The notes under the pieces: model-generated
Databases searched by the model: none
Told to the model about the DNA's origin: nothing
Seen by the model: the letters and a program-made list of their open reading frames with translations, nothing else
Source of the DNA: Bdellovibrionales bacterium
GTDB lineage: Bacteria > Bdellovibrionota > Bdellovibrionia > Bdellovibrionales > UBA1609
Reading direction: 5' to 3'
Length of the DNA stretch: 64,000 nucleotides
Assembly: GCA_965199825.1 (NCBI GenBank)
Contig: OZ241329.1
Location: 448,001-512,000 of the forward strand
Made by a program: the position numbers and the translations under genes
Shown here: positions 1 through 10,218 of the stretch, piece by piece
How positions within the stretch are numbered: the stretch's first letter is position 1
How the letters are laid out: every line of letters starts with the position of its first letter

Positions 1-242
1 AGCAATCGATCGGGATGACCAAAAACAAGCCCGCCTAATTTTTGGCGATCCAAACTTTGGTCGGGGTTTAAAACTGCTGGGCCAAAGACCTGAACTATTT
101 TTTTAAGTCCAGGAGTTTGAGGCTCAACCACCTCTCGAGCAAGGCCGTCAGCATCGACAACGTCGTAGCCTTGATCGCGTAAAAGCCTTGCCACTGTTGA
201 TTTTCCACAGGCCATGCCGCCGGTTAATCCAATCCATTTCAT
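1..242 (-). CDS. coaE: Dephospho-CoA kinase (5' part; runs off the window)
   Basis: Manual translation from the ATG at 242 gives MKWIGLTGGMACGKSTVARLLRDQGYDVVDADGLAREVV, the CoaE N-terminal P-loop signature. Confidence 0.93.
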   Translation of the reverse strand, partial: MKWIGLTGGMACGKSTVARLLRDQGYDVVDADGLAREVVEPQTPGLKKIVQVFGPAVLNPDQSLDRQKLGGLVFGHPDRL

Positions 243-266
243 CGTAACCTAACCTTAGTATGGGCA

Positions 267-294
267 TTTAGCAGAGATCAATGCCTTCCGATGT
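267..294 (+). promoter_or_regulatory. Putative sigma28/FliA-type promoter of the kinase gene
   Basis: TTTAG-N15-TCCGATGT ending 6 nt before the ATG; same geometry recurs upstream of motA, 42773 and 60739. Confidence 0.4.
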
Positions 295-300
295 ACTGAT

Positions 301-2310
301 ATGGCGGACGCATACGAATATTTTGGCAAATACATTTTGCTAGAAAAATTAGCCACAGGTGGCATGGCCGAGGTGTTTTTAGCACGCGCGCCGGGCGCCG
401 ATGGCATTGGAAAATTCGTTGCGATCAAACGGATTCTTCCACAGTTTGCCGAGAGCCCTGAATTTATCGATATGTTTCGCGATGAAGCAAAAATCGCAAT
501 CAATCTTTCACACAGCAATATCGTCAGCATTCAAGAATTCGGAATCCAAGCCAATCAATTTTATATTGTTATGGATTTTGTTGAGGGTAAAAATCTTCGA
601 CAAATATTAAACAAGCTTAAAAAAGTTGGGCAAACCTTTACCTTTGAGCAAATCGTTTTTATTTGCAAAGAAGTTTCCGGTGGGCTTGATCATGCGCATC
701 GCTGTCTTGATGGCACAACCGGCAAACCTTTAAATATCACTCATAGAGATATGAGCCCCCAAAACGTTATGACCTCGTACGAGGGTGAAGTTAAAATTGT
801 CGATTTCGGAATTGCCAAAGCCGAAAGTCAGATGGAGACCACGCGTGCAGGGACTTTAAAGGGAAAATTTGGCTACATGAGTCCCGAACAGGCCGAAGGC
901 CAAACGGTTGATTTACGTACCGATATTTTTTCGCTCGGAATTGTTTTGTGGGAGCTGTTAGCAAATGATCGTTTGTTTATGGCAAACAACGAGATCAACA
1001 CCCTTCGAAAAATTCGCGATTGCCAAATTCCATCGCTTAGAAAAATTAATCCCAACATCGATGCCGAACTCGAACGTATCGTGATGAAGGCTTTAACTCG
1101 GGATCGATCCATGCGCTATCAAACTGGTGCAGCACTTCATCGTGATCTGAATCGATTTTTAAATCGCAAATATCCCGATTTTTCGCCTCACGATTTTTCG
1201 GTCAGCATCAAAACACTCTTTGCCGACGAGATTCTTTCAAATCGCAAAAAATTTATTGAGTACGCACGGGTTCCGTTTCGTCAAGAACCTCAAACTCGCA
1301 CCGTACTCACCCGAACGTTTGAGACCAACGCAGATTTAGACAAGAACACGATTGCAACTGGCGATTATTCGAATCCTACATTTGAGCGTTCTGATTATCA
1401 CAACGACGACAAGGCCGCCGCACCCCAACAGGTGCAACAATCGGCTCGCGACGCTTACCAACAAAATCAAACAGTCCCCCAAATCGTAAAGCCACCGCCA
1501 AAATTTAAGCCCAAAATGGTGGATGACGATGACATCGAAGAGCTCTCACTCACCCGCCGCAACAATGGCGCTTGGGTTTTGCGCGCGATGATGATGAGTC
1601 TTTTTGTATTCGTGTGCTATTCGTATTTTGCAAAATACTACACTGCCTCCATGAAGGGTGTGATTCGCTTTACCAACCCGGTACTTGCACCTCTTCATGC
1701 CGCACTGGGTGTGGATGGAAATCAATCGCTCTCAAGCACAGCACCGGTTCAACAACAAAGAACAGTGCCACCTGTCGCAGCCACTCCACCGCCGCCTCAA
1801 GCCGCGATCGAGCCGGTGCACGAGTGGATGACTTCGATTATTGTTACGAGCAATCCCTCTGGCGCAGAGATTTATATCAAAGGAAAAAACACCGGCCTTT
1901 TGACTCCCTCACGAGTGGAATTGCCGCAAGAAAGAGTGTTTGCACTTGGACTTAAAAAAACAGGTTACGCCGATATTTTAAGAAAAGACGTGGACCGTTC
2001 CAACTTGTCGTCCCGATTAAGTTTTGAACTTCCAAAAGCGGTTGTGGGTTATCTCGAAATTGATGTTCGCCCCCCTCGCTTTGTGCGTCTCTTCGTCAAC
2101 GGCCAGCCCGTCAGTTTTGATCATATGCCGATTTCAAAGTTTCCGGTTGCCGCAGACACTCCTGTGGTGATTCGGGCTGAAGATCCAGAAACCCGAACAT
2201 TCGTCGAAAAAACAACAAGCGTGTCGCTCGAAAAATATTCGCGCGTGCTTCTTGATTTTAGAACAGCAAAGCCTTTAGGTCGTTTGCGCCGAACATCAAG
2301 CCAAAATTAA
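301..2310 (+). CDS. Hanks-type Ser/Thr protein kinase with TM segment and C-terminal PEGA-like domain
   Basis: GGMAEV, VAIKR, HRDMSPQN, DFG, GYMSPEQ and DIFSLG motifs; TM around aa 425-445; VTSNPSGAEIYIKG PEGA signature. Confidence 0.93.
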   Translation: MADAYEYFGKYILLEKLATGGMAEVFLARAPGADGIGKFVAIKRILPQFAESPEFIDMFRDEAKIAINLSHSNIVSIQEFGIQANQFYIVMDFVEGKNLRQILNKLKKVGQTFTFEQIVFICKEVSGGLDHAHRCLDGTTGKPLNITHRDMSPQNVMTSYEGEVKIVDFGIAKAESQMETTRAGTLKGKFGYMSPEQAEGQTVDLRTDIFSLGIVLWELLANDRLFMANNEINTLRKIRDCQIPSLRKINPNIDAELERIVMKALTRDRSMRYQTGAALHRDLNRFLNRKYPDFSPHDFSVSIKTLFADEILSNRKKFIEYARVPFRQEPQTRTVLTRTFETNADLDKNTIATGDYSNPTFERSDYHNDDKAAAPQQVQQSARDAYQQNQTVPQIVKPPPKFKPKMVDDDDIEELSLTRRNNGAWVLRAMMMSLFVFVCYSYFAKYYTASMKGVIRFTNPVLAPLHAALGVDGNQSLSSTAPVQQQRTVPPVAATPPPPQAAIEPVHEWMTSIIVTSNPSGAEIYIKGKNTGLLTPSRVELPQERVFALGLKKTGYADILRKDVDRSNLSSRLSFELPKAVVGYLEIDVRPPRFVRLFVNGQPVSFDHMPISKFPVAADTPVVIRAEDPETRTFVEKTTSVSLEKYSRVLLDFRTAKPLGRLRRTSSQN

Positions 2311-2349
2311 CTTGCTAATAAATTTGATATTGCATCAAATTTTTAGACC

Positions 2350-4020
2350 ATGGAATCAATCATTTTATCGGCTTTGTCTCAATGCACGAATCGCTCCCCC
2401 AAAGGGGCGGGTCTCAAATTTAAAATCAAAAACAAATGGCTTACCTATTCGTGGCCTGATGTTTACGAGAGCGTCGATCTCTTAGCTAAAGCGATCGATG
2501 CCCTTGATTCCAGTCAAAACATTGTGATCTGGGCTCACACCTCAAGATTTTGGTTTTTGACTGATCTTGCAATCATGGCGCTAGGAAAAGTGAGCGTGCC
2601 GATTTATCCCAACTCAAGTCTCGACGACGTCAAAAAAATTATTGATGAAGTCAAACCGACCCTGGTGTTTATCGATCATCCCTCACAAATCGAAATACTA
2701 TCAAAAACGTATAAACAGATCTCATTTGTTTGCTTTCGCGAAGAACATAAAAGTCTTATGACCTTTGATCATCTTCTACAAAAGGGTCAAAAAATAAAAG
2801 GGCCCAAACTTGACGCACGAATTCAAAAAATAAAACCAGATGTACCTGTCACCATCATCTACACTTCGGGAACAACGGGTAAGCCGCGCGGCGTGGTGCT
2901 CAGTCATAAACAAATTAATAGTGAAATCGAGGATCTTTCAAAATCAGCACTCATCACAGAAAAGGATTGTTTTTTATCCTTTTTGCCCTACGCCCATATT
3001 GTTGGCCGCACCGAAAGTTTTTTGGCTCTCTTCACCGGAGCAACTCTCGCCTTTGCCGAAGAAGTTGAACATCTCCGTGCCGATCTTAAAGTTGTTCGCC
3101 CCTCGATTTTGGTTGCAGTCCCCAGAGTGATCGAAAAAATTGGTTTAAGCCTCGATACGAAAATGAAATTGGATCTGTTTCGATTTCGAATTTTTGATCG
3201 TGCAGCCCAGTTGCGCTCAGTATTTTTTAAAGGGCCTCAGCGACAAGTGGGATCAAACCTGCGGTTTATAATTTCTGGTGGTGCAGCACTGCCAAAATCA
3301 ACCGCCGAATATTTTTTTCGTTTAGGAATTTTGATTCTCGAAGGCTATGGGCTGACCGAAACAACCGGAGCAATCACCCTCAACACACAAATCGCTCACC
3401 GCTTTGGAACGGTAGGAAAGCCCCTTGGCCACACCGAAATCAAACTTGCCTCTGATGGCGAAATTTTGGTTCGCAGCCCCAAGGTGATGGAGGGCTACTA
3501 TAAAGATCCCACGGGCACCAAAGAATCGATCACTCAAGATGGCTTTTTTAAAACCGGCGATATTGGCGAATTATCCGAAGACGGATTTCTGACCATTACC
3601 GATCGCAAAAGAGATCTTATCAAAACCTCGTTGGGCAAATTTGTGGCTCCCCAAAAACTCGTCCAGCTTTTTAGTTCTCATCCTTTGATCTCAAATGTTT
3701 TGATTTATGGCGAAAACCAAAAATACATTGTGGCTCTGGTTACACTTCATAAATTGCGTGTGATGAAGATTGCAAAAGAGATGAAATTGTCGTTTCAAGA
3801 TTACCCGTCACTATTAAAGCTTGAAGCAGTACAAAAAATTGTTCGCGAAATCGTGGCTGAGGTGAATGCTCACTTGAGTCCACACGAAACCATTAAGAAC
3901 TTTGCAATCTTGCCCAAAGATTTTTCGGTTAAAAACGGCGAGCTCACACCCTCACTCAAAATTCGGCGCAAATTTTGTGGCGAAAAATATGGTGAGGCGA
4001 TCGCGCGTCTCTACAATTAA
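2350..4020 (+). CDS. fadD: Long-chain fatty acid-CoA ligase (AMP-dependent synthetase)
   Basis: YTSGTTGKPRG, GYGLTET, FKTGDIG and ELTPSLKIRR motifs. Confidence 0.88.
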   Translation: MESIILSALSQCTNRSPKGAGLKFKIKNKWLTYSWPDVYESVDLLAKAIDALDSSQNIVIWAHTSRFWFLTDLAIMALGKVSVPIYPNSSLDDVKKIIDEVKPTLVFIDHPSQIEILSKTYKQISFVCFREEHKSLMTFDHLLQKGQKIKGPKLDARIQKIKPDVPVTIIYTSGTTGKPRGVVLSHKQINSEIEDLSKSALITEKDCFLSFLPYAHIVGRTESFLALFTGATLAFAEEVEHLRADLKVVRPSILVAVPRVIEKIGLSLDTKMKLDLFRFRIFDRAAQLRSVFFKGPQRQVGSNLRFIISGGAALPKSTAEYFFRLGILILEGYGLTETTGAITLNTQIAHRFGTVGKPLGHTEIKLASDGEILVRSPKVMEGYYKDPTGTKESITQDGFFKTGDIGELSEDGFLTITDRKRDLIKTSLGKFVAPQKLVQLFSSHPLISNVLIYGENQKYIVALVTLHKLRVMKIAKEMKLSFQDYPSLLKLEAVQKIVREIVAEVNAHLSPHETIKNFAILPKDFSVKNGELTPSLKIRRKFCGEKYGEAIARLYN

Positions 4021-4514
4021 AGCGGCGATTTTTTAAGATCGAGAACGAGGCGCGCCTTGCCTTTTAATTCATAAACTTCCATTGCGACCGAAGACTTCAG
4101 GTCTATGACCAAACTTAACGAGTGATCTTCGGGATCCATCACCGCTTTGACGTCTGCAATGAGCGGCGACGATTTTAAAATCTTTTTGATCTGTGGCTCG
4201 GTCAGGGCCGACTGATAGATATACGACAAATCCACAACAATTCGGCGTGGAGTTTTTTGTAAGGCCGCATGGTAGGAGCCCATCGGCGACATCAACGGCT
4301 TTAAGTGTTCATCACCAATATCTAAAATAATCCTTTGCATATTGTGAGTGCCCACATATTTGCTGCGGACATTGATCAGTGCCAAAGGTTTTTGAGCGCC
4401 CCCGCCATACACCACCCCCTCATTGAGATAAGATTGGGTGCGGCGATCTAAACCATGTTTATATATAGATGCGGCAAAGGTCGGCGACAAAAGCAAAATC
4501 AACATGTAATTCAT
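4017..4514 (-). CDS. Secreted protein with AMIN-like domain
   Basis: Signal peptide; RIILD, PRRIVVDL and RLVLDL repeats resemble AMIN strands. Confidence 0.55.
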   Translation of the reverse strand: MNYMLILLLSPTFAASIYKHGLDRRTQSYLNEGVVYGGGAQKPLALINVRSKYVGTHNMQRIILDIGDEHLKPLMSPMGSYHAALQKTPRRIVVDLSYIYQSALTEPQIKKILKSSPLIADVKAVMDPEDHSLSLVIDLKSSVAMEVYELKGKARLVLDLKKSPL

Positions 4515-4559
4515 ACGCTTGATCTTAGAATCATATTTTGTGATTTACATATTAAAAAA

Positions 4560-4573
4560 GGCGTGTTTACTGC
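4560..4573 (+). promoter_or_regulatory. Putative sigma54 promoter
   Basis: GG-CGTGTTTACT-GC (GG-N10-GC) just upstream of ATG 4589. Confidence 0.6.
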
Positions 4574-4588
4574 ACTCCAGTAAATCTT

Positions 4589-5503
4589 ATGACTTCAATT
4601 CTATTTTTATTTTTAGTAAGCTCCTACGCGGTCGATCGTCTTCCTCCGTTAAATGAAATGAAGGCAAGGCTCGAACAAGGCTCGCTTGAGACTAGGGTTG
4701 ACCTGATTCATGTTGGTTCATTAGTTGTCCATCAGAAGATGAGCGGCGCCGGATACACGGAACAAGATTTAGCCAACGTGAACCTCTTATTGCTTACAGA
4801 TTTGCATCCGATCGGTCCAAAACTTTTACAAGCAGTGGCTTATTATTCTGATGATTTTATAGCGAGCCAAAAAAGAATTTCTTTGTTTCTCAAAAATTTT
4901 CCGAAAGACAAAGAATTTTCTAAACGCGCCAGCGAGATCAACGCCTCTGTTTTTTATCTTAAGTATATTGAAAATCCTGGAGCCGAAATTTATGATCACA
5001 TCGCGCAGAAGATAGCTGAGCTGATCTTTGAAGCCGCTTTAAAATTTAAAAATAATTACGAACAGATTGAAGATTTTTATATTAAAACTTTGGGAGAGAT
5101 TTTTCGCGATTGTTCTACCGAAGTGCGAAGCCAAATCTACTCTCGCCTCGTCAACCCCAAAATGAATGACGGGTTTAATCATCTTGTCAAAGGGATGATC
5201 GAGAAAAAACTCGAGAATTTGCCAATAGCGATATTTTCAGCCGTGTTTGGAGCACCTTTGCTTGTGAGCACATTCGCTCTAGCAGAAAAATTTGAACCTC
5301 TCCCTTATCTCATTTTTCCGAATGATCCTGTTTACGCAGGCGTGGCTCTTACACTCTTTGTCGCATTTTTTGGCTATCCAAAATATGCGGCTTATCGAGT
5401 CGAAGCCCGACTGCAAAAAGTTGCACCCCTGATCAATCAACTTTTTGATACCTGCCGTTCCTTATTGCTGGCAAAACCAATGAACGATCTTCAGGATTTA
5501 TAA
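4589..5503 (+). CDS. Secreted/membrane hypothetical protein, family A copy 1
   Basis: Signal peptide, two C-terminal hydrophobic helices, CRSLL near the C-terminus; similar to the next two ORFs (G[YF]TxxD, Y..[IV]...[IL]..L). Confidence 0.75.
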   Translation: MTSILFLFLVSSYAVDRLPPLNEMKARLEQGSLETRVDLIHVGSLVVHQKMSGAGYTEQDLANVNLLLLTDLHPIGPKLLQAVAYYSDDFIASQKRISLFLKNFPKDKEFSKRASEINASVFYLKYIENPGAEIYDHIAQKIAELIFEAALKFKNNYEQIEDFYIKTLGEIFRDCSTEVRSQIYSRLVNPKMNDGFNHLVKGMIEKKLENLPIAIFSAVFGAPLLVSTFALAEKFEPLPYLIFPNDPVYAGVALTLFVAFFGYPKYAAYRVEARLQKVAPLINQLFDTCRSLLLAKPMNDLQDL

Positions 5504-5574
5504 CAAAATCAACACTCTCCATGCGGATGAGCTCAACAGGTTGATTGCAGTTCGAAGTTGCTAAACATTTTAAG

Positions 5575-5588
5575 GGCATACTTACTGC
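5575..5588 (+). promoter_or_regulatory. Putative sigma54 promoter
   Basis: GG-CATACTTACT-GC, at the same distance from the ATG as in the paralog at 4589. Confidence 0.6.
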
Positions 5589-5603
5589 AAACCAGGAGCA
5601 GAT

Positions 5604-6512
5604 ATGATCCAAACTCTCATTTTAGTTTTGTCACTATTTCAAGCCCATGCGGATCATTTTGAAGATTTCAAAACACTTCGGCGTCAGTTTGTATCTCAAT
5701 CTTCTAAGGTTACCGACTCATCCCTAGACAAAACATTAACAACCATCGCGACCAAGCTCTTTCATCATAATCCAAAAGATATTTATGCAATGGGATACAC
5801 CTTTACAGATGTCGCTAATGTTTTAGAGCTCATCGTGACGACCGACAGAGGCACAGGAATTATTGGCAATATTTTGTCACAATCGCCGCAATTCAAAGAA
5901 TCTCAATCCCGCATCTTAAAAATCTTTGAGACTTCTCCGTTTCAACACGATTTAAGTGAACAGGCGGCTCGTCTGCAACAAGTTGTTTTTTATCTCTCTC
6001 AAGTCGAAGATGAGGGGTTTGATGATTACGCTTTGGTTGGCAATAATTTGATTGTTCTTCTGGCCTCGTCACTCCCCTATTTGGCGAAGGATTCGGAAAA
6101 GGTTATTGATTCTTTCGAACACATTCTTATTGAGATCTTTAGCTCGGCCTCACCCCTATTTTTGAGCGAGATACGGCGACACCTCGTAGGAGAACGATTT
6201 ATACAAAGATTCGAGACCGACAGTCGCCTGGCATTGAGCAGTCGGCTGCTCAATGCTTTGCAAACCCTTGCTACACCAGTAACCCTTATGCCCATTGGAT
6301 TAGCCATCATGCAGCTGGGCCAGACTTATCATTTGATTTCCTCGGGCGTTCCAACCATTCAAAGCCAATATCTTATAACAACTGGTATCTTGGCTTTTGT
6401 TAATTTTGTTGCGATTCAATTATTGGGTAACCACCGAGCTCATGTTCAAGAGAAATTAAGGCCGCGAATCAACGAGCAACTGATGAAATGTCGCTCTCTT
6501 CTGAATCGTTAA
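5604..6512 (+). CDS. Secreted/membrane hypothetical protein, family A copy 2
   Basis: Signal peptide (AHA), two C-terminal TM helices, ends KCRSLLNR. Confidence 0.75.
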   Translation: MIQTLILVLSLFQAHADHFEDFKTLRRQFVSQSSKVTDSSLDKTLTTIATKLFHHNPKDIYAMGYTFTDVANVLELIVTTDRGTGIIGNILSQSPQFKESQSRILKIFETSPFQHDLSEQAARLQQVVFYLSQVEDEGFDDYALVGNNLIVLLASSLPYLAKDSEKVIDSFEHILIEIFSSASPLFLSEIRRHLVGERFIQRFETDSRLALSSRLLNALQTLATPVTLMPIGLAIMQLGQTYHLISSGVPTIQSQYLITTGILAFVNFVAIQLLGNHRAHVQEKLRPRINEQLMKCRSLLNR

Positions 6513-6523
6513 ATGAAAGACTT

Positions 6524-7444
6524 ATGACTTATATCTTGTTTTTTATTTTACAGTTACCCACTGCTCTAGCTCAGCGCATGCCGGACTTTGGCCAAATGCA
6601 GATGGATTATAACGGCGATTCTTTACTAAGGGGCGCATATGAACTTAATAAAGACATTCCTCATGTCATGATGGCCGTTGCTATTGGCAAAACCCAAACC
6701 CTTTTGGATGAAGGATTTACGGCCGAGGACATTCTTAAGGTTCAAACCCTTTTATTTTTAGTTACCGGACCTCAAGCTAAACAATTACTGAAAGACAGTG
6801 CGCTTCAATCGGAGCGGTTTAAAGATGCCGATCAACAGATTCAAAAACTACTTTTAGAAATTTCGAAAGATGCTTACGTTTTGGACCTCGCCCAAGGGCT
6901 TCACGTCACTGTCTTTCATCTTAATCTTATGGATGATCCCGCCAATGCTATTTATGAAGACGTCGCTCGCCTTTTAGTTCGGCTACTCAGCGAGGCCGTT
7001 CCTTATATTAAAAAAAATCCAGTTCAAGTAAACCAAACTTATATAAACGTGGTCCAAAAGATTTTTGAAAACACCACCCCAGCAACTCGGTCGAGAATAA
7101 ATTTTGAGTTGGTTAGTCCCACCATGCGCAACGAATTTGATAGACGAGGTCTTACAAACCTTTGGCGGATACCAAAAAAGATCATGTCGACCGGAGTGAT
7201 CCTTGCGCTTTCGGGCCCATTTTTTTTGACCGCTTATAAATTTGTAGAATTATTGCATCCAAGGCAGACCCTTCTCCCTCAGATTTCACTGCAAAATGCG
7301 GCAGTCAGCGGCGTAACTTTACTGTTGATGCTTGCTCTCGATCAGGTTTTTAAAGCACGTCGTGATGCTGCTTATAGATCAATTGAACCTAAGGTCGACC
7401 TCCTTTATCGAGATTGCCGTAGGCTTCTCAGCCGCAACTTGTAG
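6524..7444 (+). CDS. Secreted/membrane hypothetical protein, family A copy 3
   Basis: Start moved to MTYILFF (6524), which gives a signal peptide; two C-terminal TM helices; ends DCRRLLSRNL. Confidence 0.75.
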   Translation: MTYILFFILQLPTALAQRMPDFGQMQMDYNGDSLLRGAYELNKDIPHVMMAVAIGKTQTLLDEGFTAEDILKVQTLLFLVTGPQAKQLLKDSALQSERFKDADQQIQKLLLEISKDAYVLDLAQGLHVTVFHLNLMDDPANAIYEDVARLLVRLLSEAVPYIKKNPVQVNQTYINVVQKIFENTTPATRSRINFELVSPTMRNEFDRRGLTNLWRIPKKIMSTGVILALSGPFFLTAYKFVELLHPRQTLLPQISLQNAAVSGVTLLLMLALDQVFKARRDAAYRSIEPKVDLLYRDCRRLLSRNL

Positions 7445-7591
7445 CCAATTCTCGGCAATACCCAAGCTCCCCACTGACATTTTTGAGCTCTCATTCTGAG
7501 ACAATGCCCCTCAGATCGCATATAACCCCTGGCATTCTTCTTGATATGTAATCTCTTCGTAGAGGCTTAAATTTTTTATAGGAGAGAGAAA

Positions 7592-8119
7592 ATGAAATCG
7601 TTATTATTGGCAAGTTGCGCATTCGTAGCTGTGGCCTTATCGGCTTGCGGTGGTGGTGGTGGCGGCGGCGGAACAGCTGCACAACCCTGCGTGAACTATC
7701 AATCCCAGGGATATCAAAACATCGGTAACAATAGCTACCGCGATCCCTATAACCCACAAAACGTTGTGACGTGCAGCCCAAATTCAGCGCTGTATGGAAA
7801 TCAAAATTTCAATAATTTGAATTTTAATAACATCAATGGCATCCAACCTTTTGGTGGCGATCAAGCATGCGCAGCTTACAACGGCGGATCAGGTTGGGTT
7901 GTTGTTGGAACACCAAATGGATTAGTGTGTGTGCGCCAAGTTTTGATTCCACCAACTATTCAGCCTGCATACTTTCAAGGACCATCAAATAATATTCCAG
8001 TGTATCAGACTTGCGCATTTGGTGGATGTAACCGTTGCGGTCTTGGCGGATCAATTGGAGCAGCATTTAATGTTCCAGGTCTTTCTGCTAGCCTCAACTT
8101 TTGCGGCGGCGGATACTAA
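7592..8119 (+). CDS. Gly/Asn/Cys-rich lipoprotein of unknown function
   Basis: AGGAGAG RBS; lipobox LSAC followed by poly-Gly; several Cys. Confidence 0.75.
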   Translation: MKSLLLASCAFVAVALSACGGGGGGGGTAAQPCVNYQSQGYQNIGNNSYRDPYNPQNVVTCSPNSALYGNQNFNNLNFNNINGIQPFGGDQACAAYNGGSGWVVVGTPNGLVCVRQVLIPPTIQPAYFQGPSNNIPVYQTCAFGGCNRCGLGGSIGAAFNVPGLSASLNFCGGGY

Positions 8120-8141
8120 CAAGTACCTGACAAACGAAATC

Positions 8142-8195
8142 GAGATCCTTATAGTTAAAGCCACCTAAAAAGGGCTTTAACACCATAAGGATCTC
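8142..8195 (+). promoter_or_regulatory. Long hairpin covering the RBS of the M3 peptidase gene
   Basis: GAGATCCTTAT-A-GTTAAAGCC pairs with GGCTTTAAC-ACC-ATAAGGATCTC; the 3' arm contains AAGGA and ends 4 nt before ATG 8200. Confidence 0.6.
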
Positions 8196-8199
8196 TAGC

Positions 8200-10218
8200 A
8201 TGAAAACCCAAGTGATCTCTCCATCTCAAGCGCCACACGGCGCTTTTGATTTTCCAACTTTTCAACTTGATCAAGTCCTACCCGAACTCAAAAAAGCAAT
8301 CGTCGAAGCACAAACAAATCTCAACGCGGTCAAATCCCACGCTGTTGCAAAAAGCACTTTTGATAATACGGTCCTCGCATTAGAAAATGCGTTTGAAAAA
8401 ACCGAAATTATCACCACACTTTTTGGTAACCTCTTAAGTTCAAACTCCAATGCCCAAATGCATGCGATGGCTCCCGCAGTTTCGGCGCTCACCAGTGACC
8501 TCAGCAATGATCTGTTGCTGGATGCCGGAATTTTCGAACGGGTGAAGTATGTCCACGACCACCCAGGATCTTTATCTAACGAAGAAACAAAATTACTCGA
8601 CAACACCTACAAAGATTTTGTGCGCAACGGAGCTTTGCTCAATACGAGCGACAAAGAAAAATTGCGCGAGGTCGACAATGAACTCTCGCGCCTCACACCC
8701 AAATTTCAAGAGCATCTTTTAAAGGCGACCAATAAATTTGTGATTCATCGCACAAGCCCGCCTGCGGGATTATCTCCTTTTAGTTTAGAGCAAGCCAAGG
8801 TGGCGGCGCACGATCGCGGATTTTCGAGTGGCTATGCCTTTACCCTTCAAGGACCTTCATATTCGGCAGTGATGCAAGAATGCTCAGACCGCAGTCTGCG
8901 TGAAGAGATTTACTTCGGCATGGCCCAGCGATGTGTGTCTGGTGAATTTGATAATCGCGAAATCTTAAAAAAGATTTTAGAACTGCGCCACAGACGAAGC
9001 GAAATCTTAGGCTATAAAACTCATGCCGATTTTGTGCTCGAGCGCCGCATGGCTGAAAATCCCCAAAATGTGCATCAATTTTTGAACCGACTTGTAAAGG
9101 TGGTCAAACCGGCAGCCCAAAAAGATTTAAATGAAATTCGGGCATTCGCCGAGCGCCACCAAATTAGCGATCTTAAACCTTGGGACGTCACCTATTTTTC
9201 TGAACGCATGAAGGAAGAAAAATTTAAGATGGATCCAGAAACCCTAAGGCCCTACTTTCCGCTCGAGACAGTTCTTAAAGGAACTTTTGAGATCGCAAAA
9301 AAACTTTATGGCCTAGATTTTACCGAATCCACTGAATATCCCGTTTATTTTTCTGACGTGCGGGTGTTTGAAGTCACTCGTGAAAAAGAATTTATTGGCC
9401 TCCTTTATTGCGATTTTTTTCCGCGTACGAGCAAACAAGGTGGCGCTTGGATGACAAATTTTGTTCAACAAGGTTTGTTTAGTGGAAAAGTTTTAAGACC
9501 ACACGTGAGTTTGGTTTGTAATTTTCCAGCACCCATGGGCCAAACCCCCTCGCTTTTGACCATGCGAGATGTGCGAACTCTTTTGCACGAGTTTGGTCAT
9601 GGGCTTCATTCTTTGTTATCGAATGTGCGATTCCGTAGCCTTTCGGGCACCAATGTGTTGTGGGATTTTGTTGAGTTGCCTTCGCAGTTTATGGAAAATT
9701 GGGTTTCTGAACAAGAAAGCCTGGCTCTCTTGAGCGGTCATTATCAGACGCACCAACCTCTTCCTTTAGAAGAGGCCGCAAAAATCAGGGCGTCTCAAAA
9801 TTTTCATTCTTCACTGATTGCTTTGAGACAATTGAGTTTTGGAATGCTCGATATGGCGCTGCATTCCACACCTGTTTCGGAGTGGTCCGACATTGAGGAG
9901 TTTGAACGTGAAACAATGAAGGAGGCCATTCTTATTGCTCCGCCAAAAGGATGTTCGATGGCAGCATCCTTTGGTCATATTTTTTCTGGCGGGTATGCGG
10001 CTGGATATTACTCTTACAAATGGGCTGAGGTTCTAGAGGCCGATGCCTTTGAACATTTTAAAGAACAAGGTTTGTTTAGTCGCGAAGTGGCCCAAAAATT
10101 TTACGATCACGTTTTGTCGCGCGGCGGAACAGAACATCCCAAAGAACTCTACAAAAAATTTCGGGGCCGCGATGCCGACTTAAGTGCATTGCTCAAGCGT
10201 GAGGGATTTAGCGCGTGA
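8200..10218 (+). CDS. M3 family metallopeptidase (oligopeptidase A / Dcp-like)
   Basis: HEFGH zinc motif, KQGGAWM, WDFVELPSQFMENW, GYAAGYYSYKWAEVL. Confidence 0.95.
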   Translation: MKTQVISPSQAPHGAFDFPTFQLDQVLPELKKAIVEAQTNLNAVKSHAVAKSTFDNTVLALENAFEKTEIITTLFGNLLSSNSNAQMHAMAPAVSALTSDLSNDLLLDAGIFERVKYVHDHPGSLSNEETKLLDNTYKDFVRNGALLNTSDKEKLREVDNELSRLTPKFQEHLLKATNKFVIHRTSPPAGLSPFSLEQAKVAAHDRGFSSGYAFTLQGPSYSAVMQECSDRSLREEIYFGMAQRCVSGEFDNREILKKILELRHRRSEILGYKTHADFVLERRMAENPQNVHQFLNRLVKVVKPAAQKDLNEIRAFAERHQISDLKPWDVTYFSERMKEEKFKMDPETLRPYFPLETVLKGTFEIAKKLYGLDFTESTEYPVYFSDVRVFEVTREKEFIGLLYCDFFPRTSKQGGAWMTNFVQQGLFSGKVLRPHVSLVCNFPAPMGQTPSLLTMRDVRTLLHEFGHGLHSLLSNVRFRSLSGTNVLWDFVELPSQFMENWVSEQESLALLSGHYQTHQPLPLEEAAKIRASQNFHSSLIALRQLSFGMLDMALHSTPVSEWSDIEEFERETMKEAILIAPPKGCSMAASFGHIFSGGYAAGYYSYKWAEVLEADAFEHFKEQGLFSREVAQKFYDHVLSRGGTEHPKELYKKFRGRDADLSALLKREGFSA

